Below are positions 19,453 to 29,212 of a stretch of 32,504 bases of DNA, piece after piece. The translations under genes were made by a program, and so were the position numbers. The stretch is taken from the NCBI GenBank assembly GCA_003133815.1, contig PKZR01000270.1, positions 2,569 to 35,072 of the forward strand, given 5' to 3'. Each line of letters starts with the position of its first letter. Position 1 is the stretch's first letter. A model generated the notes under the pieces. The model was not told the origin of the DNA, searched no databases, and was given only the letters and a program-made list of their open reading frames with translations. This DNA is from Limisphaerales bacterium. GTDB lineage: Bacteria > Verrucomicrobiota > Verrucomicrobiia > Limisphaerales > UBA11358.

Positions 19453-20730
19453 ATGGCATCAGAAAATCCAAAAGCAATCCCGACGATTGACCACAAGCCG
19501 CACGCGGCGTTTTTCCGCCAGAGCGGCTGGCTGATGATCGCGACCATCTTCGCCGGGCTGATGGCGTATGGCGTGCATCCGCTCGCCAAAAAAATCTCCG
19601 AGTCCGAATACAGCATTTTTGGGACGATGCTGATGGTGACGGCGTGCATCCCGACGCTGCCGCTGCAAATGGTGTTTGCAAAGCTGACGGCGGACGGACT
19701 GGTGACAAACCGCTTGCGGCAACTTGCCGGGATGATCCGGCTGGGCTGGCTGTGGACGCTGATTGGGTGGGCCGTGTCGTCACTGATCGTTTTATGTTTT
19801 CAAAATCAAATTGCGGAACGATGGCATCTCAACGGCCTTGAGGTTTTGTGGGTGACGCTGGCGGTGGTGCTGATGAATCTGTGGATGCCGATGTTCTCCG
19901 GCGTGCTGCAAGGGCGGCAGGATTTTTTCTGGCTGGGCTGGTCGGCCATCGTCAGCGGATTCGGACGTCTCGCTGTGGCGGCGTTGATCGTGCTGGCGTT
20001 TCACGGCGGCGCGACTGGGATGATCGCGGGCGCATTCGCCGGCATCGGCGCGTGGGCCGGCATCGCCATCTGGCGTTCGCGGGATTTGTGGCGGGTGAAG
20101 CCTGAGCCGTTTGACGGACGCAGCCTGTTCAAACAAGTTGCGCCATTGATGATTGGTTTCGCTGCGTGCCAGGTTTTGTTCACTACGGACACGATGTTTG
20201 CGAAGGCGTATTTTTCCGGCGATGAAATGGCATCCTACGGCGCGGCGGGAACTTTGTCGCGCGGATTGCTGTGGCTGGTGCTGCCGCTGGCGGCGGTGAT
20301 GTTTCCGAAAATTGTCCATGCGAGCGCGAAGTCGGAAAAAAGCAACCTGCTTGGAATTGTTTTGCTCGGCACGGCGGTCCTCACGATTTGTGGCGCGGCA
20401 GGATTGTGCATCGTCGGGCCAATCGTGGTGAAGCTCGTCTACACGCCTGCCTACGTCGCGACGACGACAAAACTTCTGCCATGGTATGCCTTCTCGATGG
20501 TGCCGCTCGCGCTGGCGAATGTGCTGGTGAACGATCTGATGGCCCGGGCGCGTTTCAAAGTCGTGCCGTTGATGGTGCTTCTGGCACTGGCTTATGGATT
20601 CACGCTGCCGTTCATGTTGAACCGGTTTCACCACATGGAAGTGGCGCTGCAAACGCTTGGTGCGTTCAATCTGCTGCTTCTCGTGATTTGCGCGTGGTTC
20701 AGTTTTGGAAGTCCGAAGCCCAAAGCCTAA
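19453..20730 (+). CDS. Oligosaccharide flippase-like membrane protein (MOP/Wzx superfamily)
   Basis: About 12 TM, motifs GVLQGRQDF, DTMFAKAYF and AVMFPKI. Next to a GT2 gene. Confidence 0.75.
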   Translation: MASENPKAIPTIDHKPHAAFFRQSGWLMIATIFAGLMAYGVHPLAKKISESEYSIFGTMLMVTACIPTLPLQMVFAKLTADGLVTNRLRQLAGMIRLGWLWTLIGWAVSSLIVLCFQNQIAERWHLNGLEVLWVTLAVVLMNLWMPMFSGVLQGRQDFFWLGWSAIVSGFGRLAVAALIVLAFHGGATGMIAGAFAGIGAWAGIAIWRSRDLWRVKPEPFDGRSLFKQVAPLMIGFAACQVLFTTDTMFAKAYFSGDEMASYGAAGTLSRGLLWLVLPLAAVMFPKIVHASAKSEKSNLLGIVLLGTAVLTICGAAGLCIVGPIVVKLVYTPAYVATTTKLLPWYAFSMVPLALANVLVNDLMARARFKVVPLMVLLALAYGFTLPFMLNRFHHMEVALQTLGAFNLLLLVICAWFSFGSPKPKA

Positions 20731-20773
20731 TTTCCTGAAGCCGCCGATTCCCCCGGCTTTGGACTTTGGACTT
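20709..20773. repeat. Inverted repeat of heptamer tandems across the flippase/GT2 convergent junction
   Basis: AAGTCCGAAGCCCAAAGCC (20709-20727) and GGCTTTGGACTTTGGACTT (20755-20773). 17 of 19 positions are complementary. Confidence 0.6.
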
Positions 20774-21581
20774 GTGGTGTGGACAATGGCTTTGGTGCGC
20801 GTAATTTTTTGTAAATCCACGCCTCAAGCGGACGCAGCGGGCGCAATAATTTATAGAACGGCGAATAAATCAGCCGCACGCGTACCACGGACAAAAACAT
20901 CGCCGATGATTGACGGAACAACGAAGTCGTCACCTTGGAACCAACCTTGTCGGTCCATTCGATCGGCACTTCGAGCACGCAAAATCCGGCGCGCTTGAGC
21001 GAGACCAGCAAATTCACGTCAAACGCAAGGTCTGCAATACACAGCGTCGAGTGGATTTTCTCCACGGCAGAGCATCGCATCAATTTGCAAGGGCATTGCG
21101 TGTCCTTGATGTTCATCCAGAAAAGCACTTGTACAATCAGGTGAAACGTCCGGCTCGCAACGCGCCGCAACGTGGGCTGTTCCTGATGCATGACCGATTC
21201 CGGCAGCCAGCGCGAGCCGACCACGCAATCCGCCTCGCCGATGTGCTTCGTCAATTCCAGAAACGCCGGCGGCGAGGTCGCGCCATCCGCGTCCGCGTAG
21301 CCGATGTAATCACCGAGCGCGGCGAGCTTGAGTCCTTCTATCAGCGCGCCGCCTTTGCCGATAGGATCCTTGAATTCCATGGAGCGGACGACAGGATATT
21401 CCACCGAGACTTTTTGGACGACGCCGAGTGTGTTATCCCTGCAGCCATTGAGGACGACGATGATCTGGAACTTACCGGAATAGTGTGTCCCGAAAAATTG
21501 CGCGTATTCACGCAGCACCGGTTCGATGCGCGCTTCTTCGTTGTAAGCCGGAATCAGGATGAGCAGGCTTGGGTCGGGCAC
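20727..21581 (-). CDS. GT2 glycosyltransferase (polyprenyl-phosphate glycosyltransferase-like)
   Basis: LIPAYNEE, GKGGA, DAD, GSR, DTQCPCK and FDV. Confidence 0.88.
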   Translation of the reverse strand: MPDPSLLILIPAYNEEARIEPVLREYAQFFGTHYSGKFQIIVVLNGCRDNTLGVVQKVSVEYPVVRSMEFKDPIGKGGALIEGLKLAALGDYIGYADADGATSPPAFLELTKHIGEADCVVGSRWLPESVMHQEQPTLRRVASRTFHLIVQVLFWMNIKDTQCPCKLMRCSAVEKIHSTLCIADLAFDVNLLVSLKRAGFCVLEVPIEWTDKVGSKVTTSLFRQSSAMFLSVVRVRLIYSPFYKLLRPLRPLEAWIYKKLRAPKPLSTPQVQSPKPGESAASGN

Positions 21582-21686
21582 GCGGATTCAGTAACAGAAA
21601 ATGTTCGCGCAGGCAATCCGCGGCTGCTTTTTTAGAAACAATTCTTGCCGCCGCGTCCGCCAATCGTTATCACGTTGTCAAACCGT

Positions 21687-22796
21687 ATGGACTCCCGCGA
21701 AGCATTCATAGCGTTAAACATGATCGATCACGTCGGGCCGGTGCGCGCGCGGCTCCTGCTCGAACATTTCGGCAACGCGCCAAAAATCCTCGCCGCCTCC
21801 AAATCCGATCTGCTCCGCGTCCGCAACATCGGCGAGGAAACCGCCGAGGCAATTTCCAGTTGGGAAAAATCCGTTCACCTCGTCGGCGAATTGAAACGCA
21901 TCGCGGACTTCGGCTGCCACGTTTTGATTTCGTCCGATGAAAATTATCCCGCGCTGCTCCGCGAGATTTACGATCCTCCGCTCGTGCTTTACGTCAAAGG
22001 CGAATTGACTGCGAAGGACAAGAACGCCGTGGCGATGGTCGGCTCGCGGCAGACGACCCATTACGGCATCGAGACCGCGCGCAAGCTGGCGTATCAGCTC
22101 GCCTACGTCGGCGTGACAGTGGTGAGCGGCGGCGCGCGCGGCATTGACACGGCGGCGCATCAGGGCGCGTTGAGCGCAAAAGGACGGACGATATGCGTCC
22201 TGGGAACTGGAATAAATTTAGTCTTCCCCCCGGAGAATGCGGAACTGTATGAACGCATTTCGGCGAATGGCGCGGTCATCACGCAGTTTCCGTTCAACCG
22301 GCCGGCGGACAAGCAAACTTTCCCGATTCGCAATCGCATCGTCGCGGGCATGACACTTGGCACGGTCGTTGTGGAGGCAAATGCAACAAGCGGCGCGCTC
22401 ATCACGGCGAACATGGCGGTTGAAGCAGGCCGGCAGATCTTTGCCGTGCCGGGGCGGATTGATTCGCCGCGCAGCAAGGGCTGCCACGATTTGATTAAAA
22501 AGGGCGCGAAACTGTGCGAAGGCGCCGAAGACATTTTGAGCGAGTTTGAGTATTTGTTCCCAACCAGCAACCGTCCGCCGTCGCCGGGGAAATCGGGGGT
22601 TTTGCCTGCGCTGGAATTGTCCGAGAACGAACAAAAAGTGTTCGATGTGCTTAAGACAGACGATGAGCTGGGAATTGATGAAGTCATCCGCAAAAGCGGA
22701 CTGCCGAGTTCGTCGGTTTCCGTATCGCTTTTGAGCCTTGAAATGAAACGCGCCGTGAAACAATTGCCGGGGAAATTATTTGTGCGGAATAATTAG
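21687..22796 (+). CDS. dprA: DNA-processing protein DprA
   Basis: YPALLREIYDPP, MVGSR, VSGGARGID, FPIRNRI, SGALITA and FAVPG, with a C-terminal winged helix. Start reassigned to ATG 21687. Confidence 0.95.
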   Translation: MDSREAFIALNMIDHVGPVRARLLLEHFGNAPKILAASKSDLLRVRNIGEETAEAISSWEKSVHLVGELKRIADFGCHVLISSDENYPALLREIYDPPLVLYVKGELTAKDKNAVAMVGSRQTTHYGIETARKLAYQLAYVGVTVVSGGARGIDTAAHQGALSAKGRTICVLGTGINLVFPPENAELYERISANGAVITQFPFNRPADKQTFPIRNRIVAGMTLGTVVVEANATSGALITANMAVEAGRQIFAVPGRIDSPRSKGCHDLIKKGAKLCEGAEDILSEFEYLFPTSNRPPSPGKSGVLPALELSENEQKVFDVLKTDDELGIDEVIRKSGLPSSSVSVSLLSLEMKRAVKQLPGKLFVRNN

Positions 22797-22858
22797 TGAA
22801 ACGAAACTTGCGGGTTCGTGTTTAATGAATTAAAAGTCTCCAAACGCGGGGGAAAATT

Positions 22859-23896
22859 ATGGCGAACTACACCATCATCGGCGGCGACGGCAAGCAATAT
22901 GGCCCGATCACGGGCGACGATTTGCGCAAATGGATTTCCGAGGGACGACTTAACGCGCAATCGCTCGCAAAAGCGGACAGCGACGCGGAGTTTCGACCGC
23001 TCGCGACTTTTCCTGAATTGTCAGACGCGTTTGCGCCACAAGCCGCCGCGCCGGACTCACCGCCATCTCTTGCCATTTCTGCCGACTGGCTGGAACGCGA
23101 TTACGAACTGGACATTGGCGACTGCTTCAGCTGCGGCTGGAAATTGTTCAAGGAAAACATGGGAACATTGTTCGGTGCGTTTATTGTTGCAATACTGCTT
23201 GCAGCGGTTGGAGTTTCAATAATCAATGCCGTTTTGATGGTGTTGGCTCCCAAGATAGTTCTCACCTCGCCAATATTGCGGCAATTCTTCAATATCGCGC
23301 TTCAAGCCGGGGTTGCCGTCGTCATGGGGCCCTTGTTCGGCGGCCTTTATTACATTTTTATTCAAAAGATGCGCGGGCTTCCGGCGGATGTGGGGGACAT
23401 CTTCATCGGTTTCAAAAAATTGTTTTCGCAGCTTTTCCTTGGCAATTTCGCTGTTGGTTTTTTTGTTGGGCTTTGCATGATTCCCTACAATCTGACCCAA
23501 GCCGCAAAAGTTGAGCCGCTGCTGGAACAAATGCGTCACGCGTCCACGCCCGCAGACATGCAAGGCATCCTCCCGGAACTGTGGGCGGCAATTTTCAGCA
23601 CGCTGCCCGTTCTGCTGGTTTGCATGATTCCGGCGACTTATCTGGGAGTGAACTGGATGTTCACTCTGCCGCTCATTATTGACAAGCAGTTGAAATTCTG
23701 GCCGGCGATGAAAGCGAGTTGGAAAAAAGCACACCAGCACTGGTGGCTTCTGCTTGGCTTTGTCGTCGTCGTCGGGTTATTGAACCTGGCGGGATTTTGC
23801 GCGTGTTGCATCGGTCTGCTGTTCACGATTCCCATCGGCACCGCTGCGCTGATGTTTGCGTATGAAACAATTTTCGGTGAATCGCAAACCCGTTAG
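22859..23896 (+). CDS. GYF_2 (DUF4339)-domain membrane protein
   Basis: N-terminal YTIIGGDGKQYGPITGDDLRKWISEGRLN, followed by a multi-TM domain ending CCIGLLFTIP. Confidence 0.8.
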   Translation: MANYTIIGGDGKQYGPITGDDLRKWISEGRLNAQSLAKADSDAEFRPLATFPELSDAFAPQAAAPDSPPSLAISADWLERDYELDIGDCFSCGWKLFKENMGTLFGAFIVAILLAAVGVSIINAVLMVLAPKIVLTSPILRQFFNIALQAGVAVVMGPLFGGLYYIFIQKMRGLPADVGDIFIGFKKLFSQLFLGNFAVGFFVGLCMIPYNLTQAAKVEPLLEQMRHASTPADMQGILPELWAAIFSTLPVLLVCMIPATYLGVNWMFTLPLIIDKQLKFWPAMKASWKKAHQHWWLLLGFVVVVGLLNLAGFCACCIGLLFTIPIGTAALMFAYETIFGESQTR

Positions 23897-24518
23897 CCGC
23901 TCGAAGGCCAAAAATGCCGCGATGCTCAACCTGCTGGCCACGCCAGGTCTCGGCTCGCTTTTGTGCGGTCGTTGGGTTGCTGGAACCGGACAACTTCTCT
24001 TTTCTGTCGCAGGTTTCACGTTCGTCATAGTGTGGTTTTTCAAGGAAATGATTCCGTATTACGGCATGATGTTCGATGAAGATACGCCGCATTTGCCCGG
24101 CATGAAAATGCTTGCGGCGGGCGGAAACTTGTTTGCCGTCTCGTGGCTCTGGTCGGCGGTGACGAGTTTCAGCTTGTTGCGAGAATCCTCGTCGGGCCGG
24201 TTGCGTTCGCTGGAAAATTCCGCCACGCCACCACAGTTGAAAATGGACGAGACAAAAATTTTCCTGGCACTCAGATCCGTTCCGAACTGGCAGAGAAAGG
24301 CCGACGTGATTTCCCGCACGTTTCAATTCAAGGATTTTCCCGCTGCGATGAAATTCGTGGATGCCGCCGCCCAGCTGGCCGAAGAGGAATGGCATCATCC
24401 CGACATAGACATCCGCTGGAACAAGGTGACGCTCGCGCTTACGACGCACGACGCGGACGGACTGACGGACAAAGATTTCGCACTCGCCAAAAAATTTGAC
24501 GAGATGTCATTTCGTTGA
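23862..24518 (+). CDS. Pterin-4-alpha-carbinolamine dehydratase fused to an N-terminal membrane domain
   Basis: C-terminal RTFQFKDF...EEEWHHPDIDIRWNKVTLALTTHDADGLTDKDFALA. The N-terminal part (about 125 aa) has 2-3 hydrophobic segments in the same frame. Confidence 0.8.
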   Translation: MKQFSVNRKPVSRSKAKNAAMLNLLATPGLGSLLCGRWVAGTGQLLFSVAGFTFVIVWFFKEMIPYYGMMFDEDTPHLPGMKMLAAGGNLFAVSWLWSAVTSFSLLRESSSGRLRSLENSATPPQLKMDETKIFLALRSVPNWQRKADVISRTFQFKDFPAAMKFVDAAAQLAEEEWHHPDIDIRWNKVTLALTTHDADGLTDKDFALAKKFDEMSFR

Positions 24519-26051
24519 AGCCGGAGAATTTGTCACCGCTGATGCCGCGGGAATTTTCAGCGCAAGCGACGAGTTCGTTTGCGGCACGCGTCCGAGCCAG
24601 ACGCCGCTGACGCCGTAATACCAGTCAAGGCCCGGAATGTCGGGCTGCCCGGTTCCAACACCGCGGACGACAAGACGGTCTTGCGGACGCATTTTTCTAA
24701 CCCATGGCGCGTAAGCTTTCCCGTCTCCGTTATTCCACATCACGCTGTGATAGACATTGAAATCTTCCATGGGCATGAAAGTGGATTCAAAACCGAGAAT
24801 ATAACGCCAGTCACCGTCTGGATTCTTGTAAAAGGTCTGGTAGAAAAGAGTCATGTCCGCCGAATAAAAAATTCCACCCTTGTCCGGCATCCAGCCTTCA
24901 AGTTCGGGATGCTCCGCCACCGAAAGATATTGTGTCTTCAACGTCGAAGACCAGCGGCTGTTCACGTCATTGGTGGTGACAACATACGCCGTCAACGCCA
25001 GGCCGCAAACCAGACCGAAGCGTTTGAGGGAATCGGGAGCGAAACGCATTTCAAAAAACGACTGCAAGTCGCACGCCAACAAAACCATCAGCGCCGGCGC
25101 GCCCCAATCATCCCAAAAACGATCCGTCTCGCAGCCCATCACCCAGCCCAAAACGGCGAGCCACAACGCGGGATTGCGGTGCAACGGCGTTGCTTCAAAC
25201 TTTGCCAACTGCCGCAAGACAATCATTCCGCCGAGCAGAAGGACCATGAAAACGTCACCGCCGGAAGGTCGCAATTCCGTGACCAGCGTAGATTGCGTCT
25301 CATGCATTCCCATGGCGCGCAACGCCACCTGCAATGCCTCACAAATATATTCCACCGGATGGCCGGTAAGCGCCGCACCCAAAACCGTCGCCAGCATCCA
25401 GCTCAACGCAAGCATGAAGCACCAGCGGAATTGTTGCGCGATGAAAAACGCCGCGACCGGCAGCGCCCAAAGATACCAGACCCCGTGAAAAAATACCGCC
25501 AGGGTGATCAACGATGTCATCCACAAAACCGCCCGCCATTTCGGCGGCGACTGGCCGTGGCGTTGCCACATCAAAAGAATGACCATGAGCACCGCCATGC
25601 TCAATAAAAACGGGCGACCCAGACACAGCCGCGACAAGAGACCCGACGCCATTGAAACCAAAGCCAGCATTGCCAGCCACGCTTCCGGGCGTTTCAGGCA
25701 AGCCATTGCCGACCAGCTGATGAGAAGGAACAGTCCCACAACAGAAAACAGAACCAGTTTCTCGGCGTCACAGTTTGTCCATAGATGTATTTTCTCCAAT
25801 AACAGATTCCAGCCGAACTCGTGATCAATTTTGTAGACATCATTGAGCACGAGAATTTGCGACCAGGACTTTCCGCTCACCGCCTTCGCGGCATGGCGCA
25901 ATGCATCGTCAACCGGCAGATAACCATAGCCGATGATTTTAAAAGGAATCGCCAGGGCGACAAGAATGACAACCGCCCAGATGGAGAGCGGCACATAACG
26001 ACGAAGCGACTCCAGACCTGATGAATCGGATTTGTCATTGTCGTCGGCCAT
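24507..26051 (-). CDS. Hypothetical polytopic membrane protein, possibly a GT-C-fold glycosyltransferase
   Basis: First TM followed by a DD-containing loop (VDDALRH), many TMs with a GRP motif, and a soluble C-terminal domain. The function is inferred. Confidence 0.65.
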   Translation of the reverse strand: MADDNDKSDSSGLESLRRYVPLSIWAVVILVALAIPFKIIGYGYLPVDDALRHAAKAVSGKSWSQILVLNDVYKIDHEFGWNLLLEKIHLWTNCDAEKLVLFSVVGLFLLISWSAMACLKRPEAWLAMLALVSMASGLLSRLCLGRPFLLSMAVLMVILLMWQRHGQSPPKWRAVLWMTSLITLAVFFHGVWYLWALPVAAFFIAQQFRWCFMLALSWMLATVLGAALTGHPVEYICEALQVALRAMGMHETQSTLVTELRPSGGDVFMVLLLGGMIVLRQLAKFEATPLHRNPALWLAVLGWVMGCETDRFWDDWGAPALMVLLACDLQSFFEMRFAPDSLKRFGLVCGLALTAYVVTTNDVNSRWSSTLKTQYLSVAEHPELEGWMPDKGGIFYSADMTLFYQTFYKNPDGDWRYILGFESTFMPMEDFNVYHSVMWNNGDGKAYAPWVRKMRPQDRLVVRGVGTGQPDIPGLDWYYGVSGVWLGRVPQTNSSLALKIPAASAVTNSPASTK

Positions 26052-26062
26052 GCTGCGCGGAA

Positions 26063-26989
26063 TCAAAACACCTTCGGGACGCCCTCGTCGAGGATTTTTA
26101 TTTGCTCCGTAAGGTTTTCCCTCGTCGCGATTTCAGAAAGCCAGCGCGGCGGCTCGTCCATTTCCTCGAACGACAATTTGAAGGTTCCGTAGTGCATTGG
26201 AACAAAAAATTTCGCGCGCAAATCCTTGAACGCCTGCACCGCCTGGTCCGGGCCCATGTGAACTTTGCGAAAGGTCGCCGGATGGTATGCGCCGATGGGC
26301 AGCAGCGCGATCTCCGGTGCCAGCTTCCTGCCGATTTCCTTGAAGCCGTGGAAATATGCGCTGTCGCCGGCGTGATAAATTTTCCGGCCCTGATGTTCCA
26401 GCATGAATCCGCCATAGCCCCGATGACTGTCGCGCAATGTCCGTGCGCCCCAGTGTTTGCTTGGTGTGAACGTCACCTTCCAGTCGCCCTGCGAAAAGCT
26501 TTCCCACCATTCGAGCTCAATGATGCGGGAAAAGCCAAGGTTGCGCGCCAGGTCGCCGACCCCGCGCGGCATCACGCCGATTTTCGGATTCGGCAGTTTT
26601 CTCAAAGTCGGTTTGTGAAAATGATCGAAATGAGCGTGGGTCAGCAGAACGAGGTCAATCGGCGGTAAATCATTTATTTTCAGGCCGGCGCGTTTAAGGC
26701 GTTTCAACAGGAAAAGCCAGTTCGCAAAATTCGGGTCGATCAGCACGTTCAGGTCTGTGAACTGAATGAGAAACGATGCGTGTCCGATCCATGTGATGGC
26801 CACCTCGCCGTATTTCAATTTGGGGAAAACCGGGCGGCGCGGCTGGCCGTGGCGCGGTGTGAACCAGCCCTTCAAGATCAGCTCCTGAAAAAAAGTGCGC
26901 GGGTTGAAATGCTTCGCCGGCGTCAAATCCTTGAAGGAGCGCGGGAGTTTCCGGCGCGGCGCGGGACGGCTGGATTTTTCTTTCGTCAT
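26063..26989 (-). CDS. MBL-fold metallo-hydrolase (NAPE-PLD/RomA-like)
   Basis: WIGHAS, THAHFDH, PSKHW, YHAGDS, LPIGAY and PMHYGTF. Start uncertain (26989-27067). Confidence 0.88.
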   Translation of the reverse strand: MTKEKSSRPAPRRKLPRSFKDLTPAKHFNPRTFFQELILKGWFTPRHGQPRRPVFPKLKYGEVAITWIGHASFLIQFTDLNVLIDPNFANWLFLLKRLKRAGLKINDLPPIDLVLLTHAHFDHFHKPTLRKLPNPKIGVMPRGVGDLARNLGFSRIIELEWWESFSQGDWKVTFTPSKHWGARTLRDSHRGYGGFMLEHQGRKIYHAGDSAYFHGFKEIGRKLAPEIALLPIGAYHPATFRKVHMGPDQAVQAFKDLRAKFFVPMHYGTFKLSFEEMDEPPRWLSEIATRENLTEQIKILDEGVPKVF

Positions 26990-27092
26990 CTGCGATTTGA
27001 CTTTAACAGCCGCCGCGCGTTCGACCAATTTGAAAATTAAATCTGTTCTCACGACATTTGCTTTCAATTTATGCCGCTGCTAAATTGCATTC

Positions 27093-27647
27093 GTGAACAA
27101 ACTCGCAAAGCAGCTTGATCGGTTTCTCCGCCAGCCGCCGAAGCTCGGTAAAAATGTTTTCATCGCCAAAACTGCCACTGTCATCGGCGATGTCACACTC
27201 GGCGCGCATTCCAGCGTGTGGTATGGCGCGGTGCTTCGCGGCGACATCAACCGCATCGTCGTCGGCCACCACTCGAATATCCAGGACAATGCCGTGCTGC
27301 ACCTCGCGGACGATTTTCCGTGTCTCCTTGGCAACTGGGTCACCATTGGCCACGGCGCGATCGTCCACGCATGCAAAATCGGTGATGAATGTCTTGTCGG
27401 CATGGGCGCGGTGATTTTGGACGGAGCTGTCATCGGCAAACAATCCATCATCGGCGCGAAGGCGCTGGTAACGCAGGGAGTGAAAATTCCGCCCGGCTCG
27501 CTAGTACTCGGCGCGCCGGCGAAAGTGGTTCGCAAGCTAACCATGAAAGAGCGCGCCGGCCTGAAATGGTGGGCGCAAAAATACGTGGACAATGGAGCTT
27601 ACTGCTTGAAACACAAAATCAGCCACCCTGATTCGTGCAAAGATTGA
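27093..27647 (+). CDS. Gamma carbonic anhydrase family protein (YrdA-like)
   Basis: Hexapeptide repeats, LRGD, NIQDNAVLH and TIGHGAIVHAC. Confidence 0.92.
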   Translation: MNKLAKQLDRFLRQPPKLGKNVFIAKTATVIGDVTLGAHSSVWYGAVLRGDINRIVVGHHSNIQDNAVLHLADDFPCLLGNWVTIGHGAIVHACKIGDECLVGMGAVILDGAVIGKQSIIGAKALVTQGVKIPPGSLVLGAPAKVVRKLTMKERAGLKWWAQKYVDNGAYCLKHKISHPDSCKD

Positions 27648-27688
27648 TTTTTTGCCCGCTACCGCACAAACTCCACGGAGATTAAAAA

Positions 27689-28447
27689 ATGGCCGGTTCA
27701 CTTTCAGGAAAAATTGCGTTTGTCACGGGCGGTGCGCGTGGCATTGGTCGCGCCGTCGCGTTGAAACTCGCCACCGCGGGCTGTGACGTGGCCATCGCCT
27801 ATCACAACAGCCATGAAGAAGCCGAGGCCGTCTGCAATTCAATCCGCGCGCTGGGCCGACGCGCGCTTGCCACGCAGGCGGACGTAAGCGATCCCGCCAG
27901 CGTAGCCGAGGCGTTCGCCGAATTTCGCAAAGAATTTGATCGCGTTGACATCGTCATCAGCAACGCCGCCATCGGCGTGCTCAAACCGGCGATGGAGCTT
28001 TCGCTCAAACATTTCCGACGCTGCATGGAAACCAACGCGCTTGCGCTGAATTCGCTCGCTCAAAACGCCGTGCCGATGATGCCGGAAGGCGGCTGCCTCA
28101 TTGGGCTTTCGAGCCTGGGCTCGGTGCGCGCCATTCCACACTACGCATTCATCGGCGCATCGAAGGCCGCGCTGGAATCGCTCGCCCGCGGGCTTGCACA
28201 AGAGCTCGGCCACGCAAAAAGAATACGTGTCAACATCGTCAGCGCCGGAATCGTTGACACCGACGCGCTGAAATTTTTCCCGAACCGGGAACAATTGCTC
28301 GCCGAATACGCACGCCGCACGCCAATCGGCCCGACGCTTACGACAGAACAGGTCGCTGACGCGGTCTATTTGCTTTGCCTGCCGGAAGCAGCGATGATTA
28401 CCGGCCATACGCTCGTTGTGGACGGTGGCTACTGCATTTCAGGATGA
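27689..28447 (+). CDS. SDR oxidoreductase, enoyl-ACP reductase FabL-like
   Basis: TGGARGIG, SNAA, SSLGS and a Y-x6-K active site (YAFIGASK), plus VDTDALKFFP. Confidence 0.8.
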   Translation: MAGSLSGKIAFVTGGARGIGRAVALKLATAGCDVAIAYHNSHEEAEAVCNSIRALGRRALATQADVSDPASVAEAFAEFRKEFDRVDIVISNAAIGVLKPAMELSLKHFRRCMETNALALNSLAQNAVPMMPEGGCLIGLSSLGSVRAIPHYAFIGASKAALESLARGLAQELGHAKRIRVNIVSAGIVDTDALKFFPNREQLLAEYARRTPIGPTLTTEQVADAVYLLCLPEAAMITGHTLVVDGGYCISG

Positions 28448-29208
28448 ACGAACCCAAAATTATTGACTCCGGTTTGTCCGGCGGAATTGCCATCGTCACC
28501 GGCGGCAGCCGTGGCATCGGCCGCGCCATCGTCGAAATCCTTGCCGCGTCGGGAATGGAAGTCATTTTTACTTTTCGAGACAACTCGGCGGCGGCAAATG
28601 AAGTCATCGCCGCAAATCCAGGCAAAAAAATTTCCGCGGAGCAGGTGGACGCCCGCGATTCCGCCGCATGTGCCGCTTTCGCGGAAAAAATCATCGATCG
28701 TACGGAGAAAATCGACCTTCTCGTCAACAACGCAGGCGTCATCCGTGATAATTTGCTGGCGATGCTCGACGACGACGACATCAAGGCCGTCCTGGACACC
28801 AACGTGACCGGCACTTTCAACATGACGCGCGCCGTCGCGCCGTATATGATTTCCAAACGTCGCGGCAAAATCGTGAACATCAGTTCCGTCTCCGGCGAGA
28901 AGGGCGGACGGGGCCAGACGAATTATGCGGCGAGCAAAGGCGCGATCAACGCCTTAACGAAGGCGCTCGCCGTCGAACTAGCGCCGCGCGGCATCACGGT
29001 CAATGCCGTAGCGCCGGGCGTCATCGAGACCGAAATGTCGCGCACCGTACGCGAGCTGGCGGGTGACCAGATTCAGTCGCGGATTTTGTTGAAGCGAATC
29101 GGCAAACCGGAAGACATCGCAAATGCAGTCTGGTTTTTAAGTTCGAAATTCGCCGATTACATAACGGGCGAAATATTGCATGTGGATGGCGGATTCAAGA
29201 TGGAGTGA
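28444..29208 (+). CDS. fabG: 3-oxoacyl-ACP reductase
   Basis: TGGSRGIG, NNAG, GQTNYAASK and NAVAPG. ATGA coupling at 28444. Confidence 0.88.
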   Translation: MNEPKIIDSGLSGGIAIVTGGSRGIGRAIVEILAASGMEVIFTFRDNSAAANEVIAANPGKKISAEQVDARDSAACAAFAEKIIDRTEKIDLLVNNAGVIRDNLLAMLDDDDIKAVLDTNVTGTFNMTRAVAPYMISKRRGKIVNISSVSGEKGGRGQTNYAASKGAINALTKALAVELAPRGITVNAVAPGVIETEMSRTVRELAGDQIQSRILLKRIGKPEDIANAVWFLSSKFADYITGEILHVDGGFKME

Positions 29209-29212
29209 AATT

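Noticed and set aside
19792-25607. Long antisense ORFs (19792..20820, 24579..25607 and similar)
   Set aside because: They are Arg/Gln/His-rich mirrors of hydrophobic membrane genes, as expected in GC-rich DNA.
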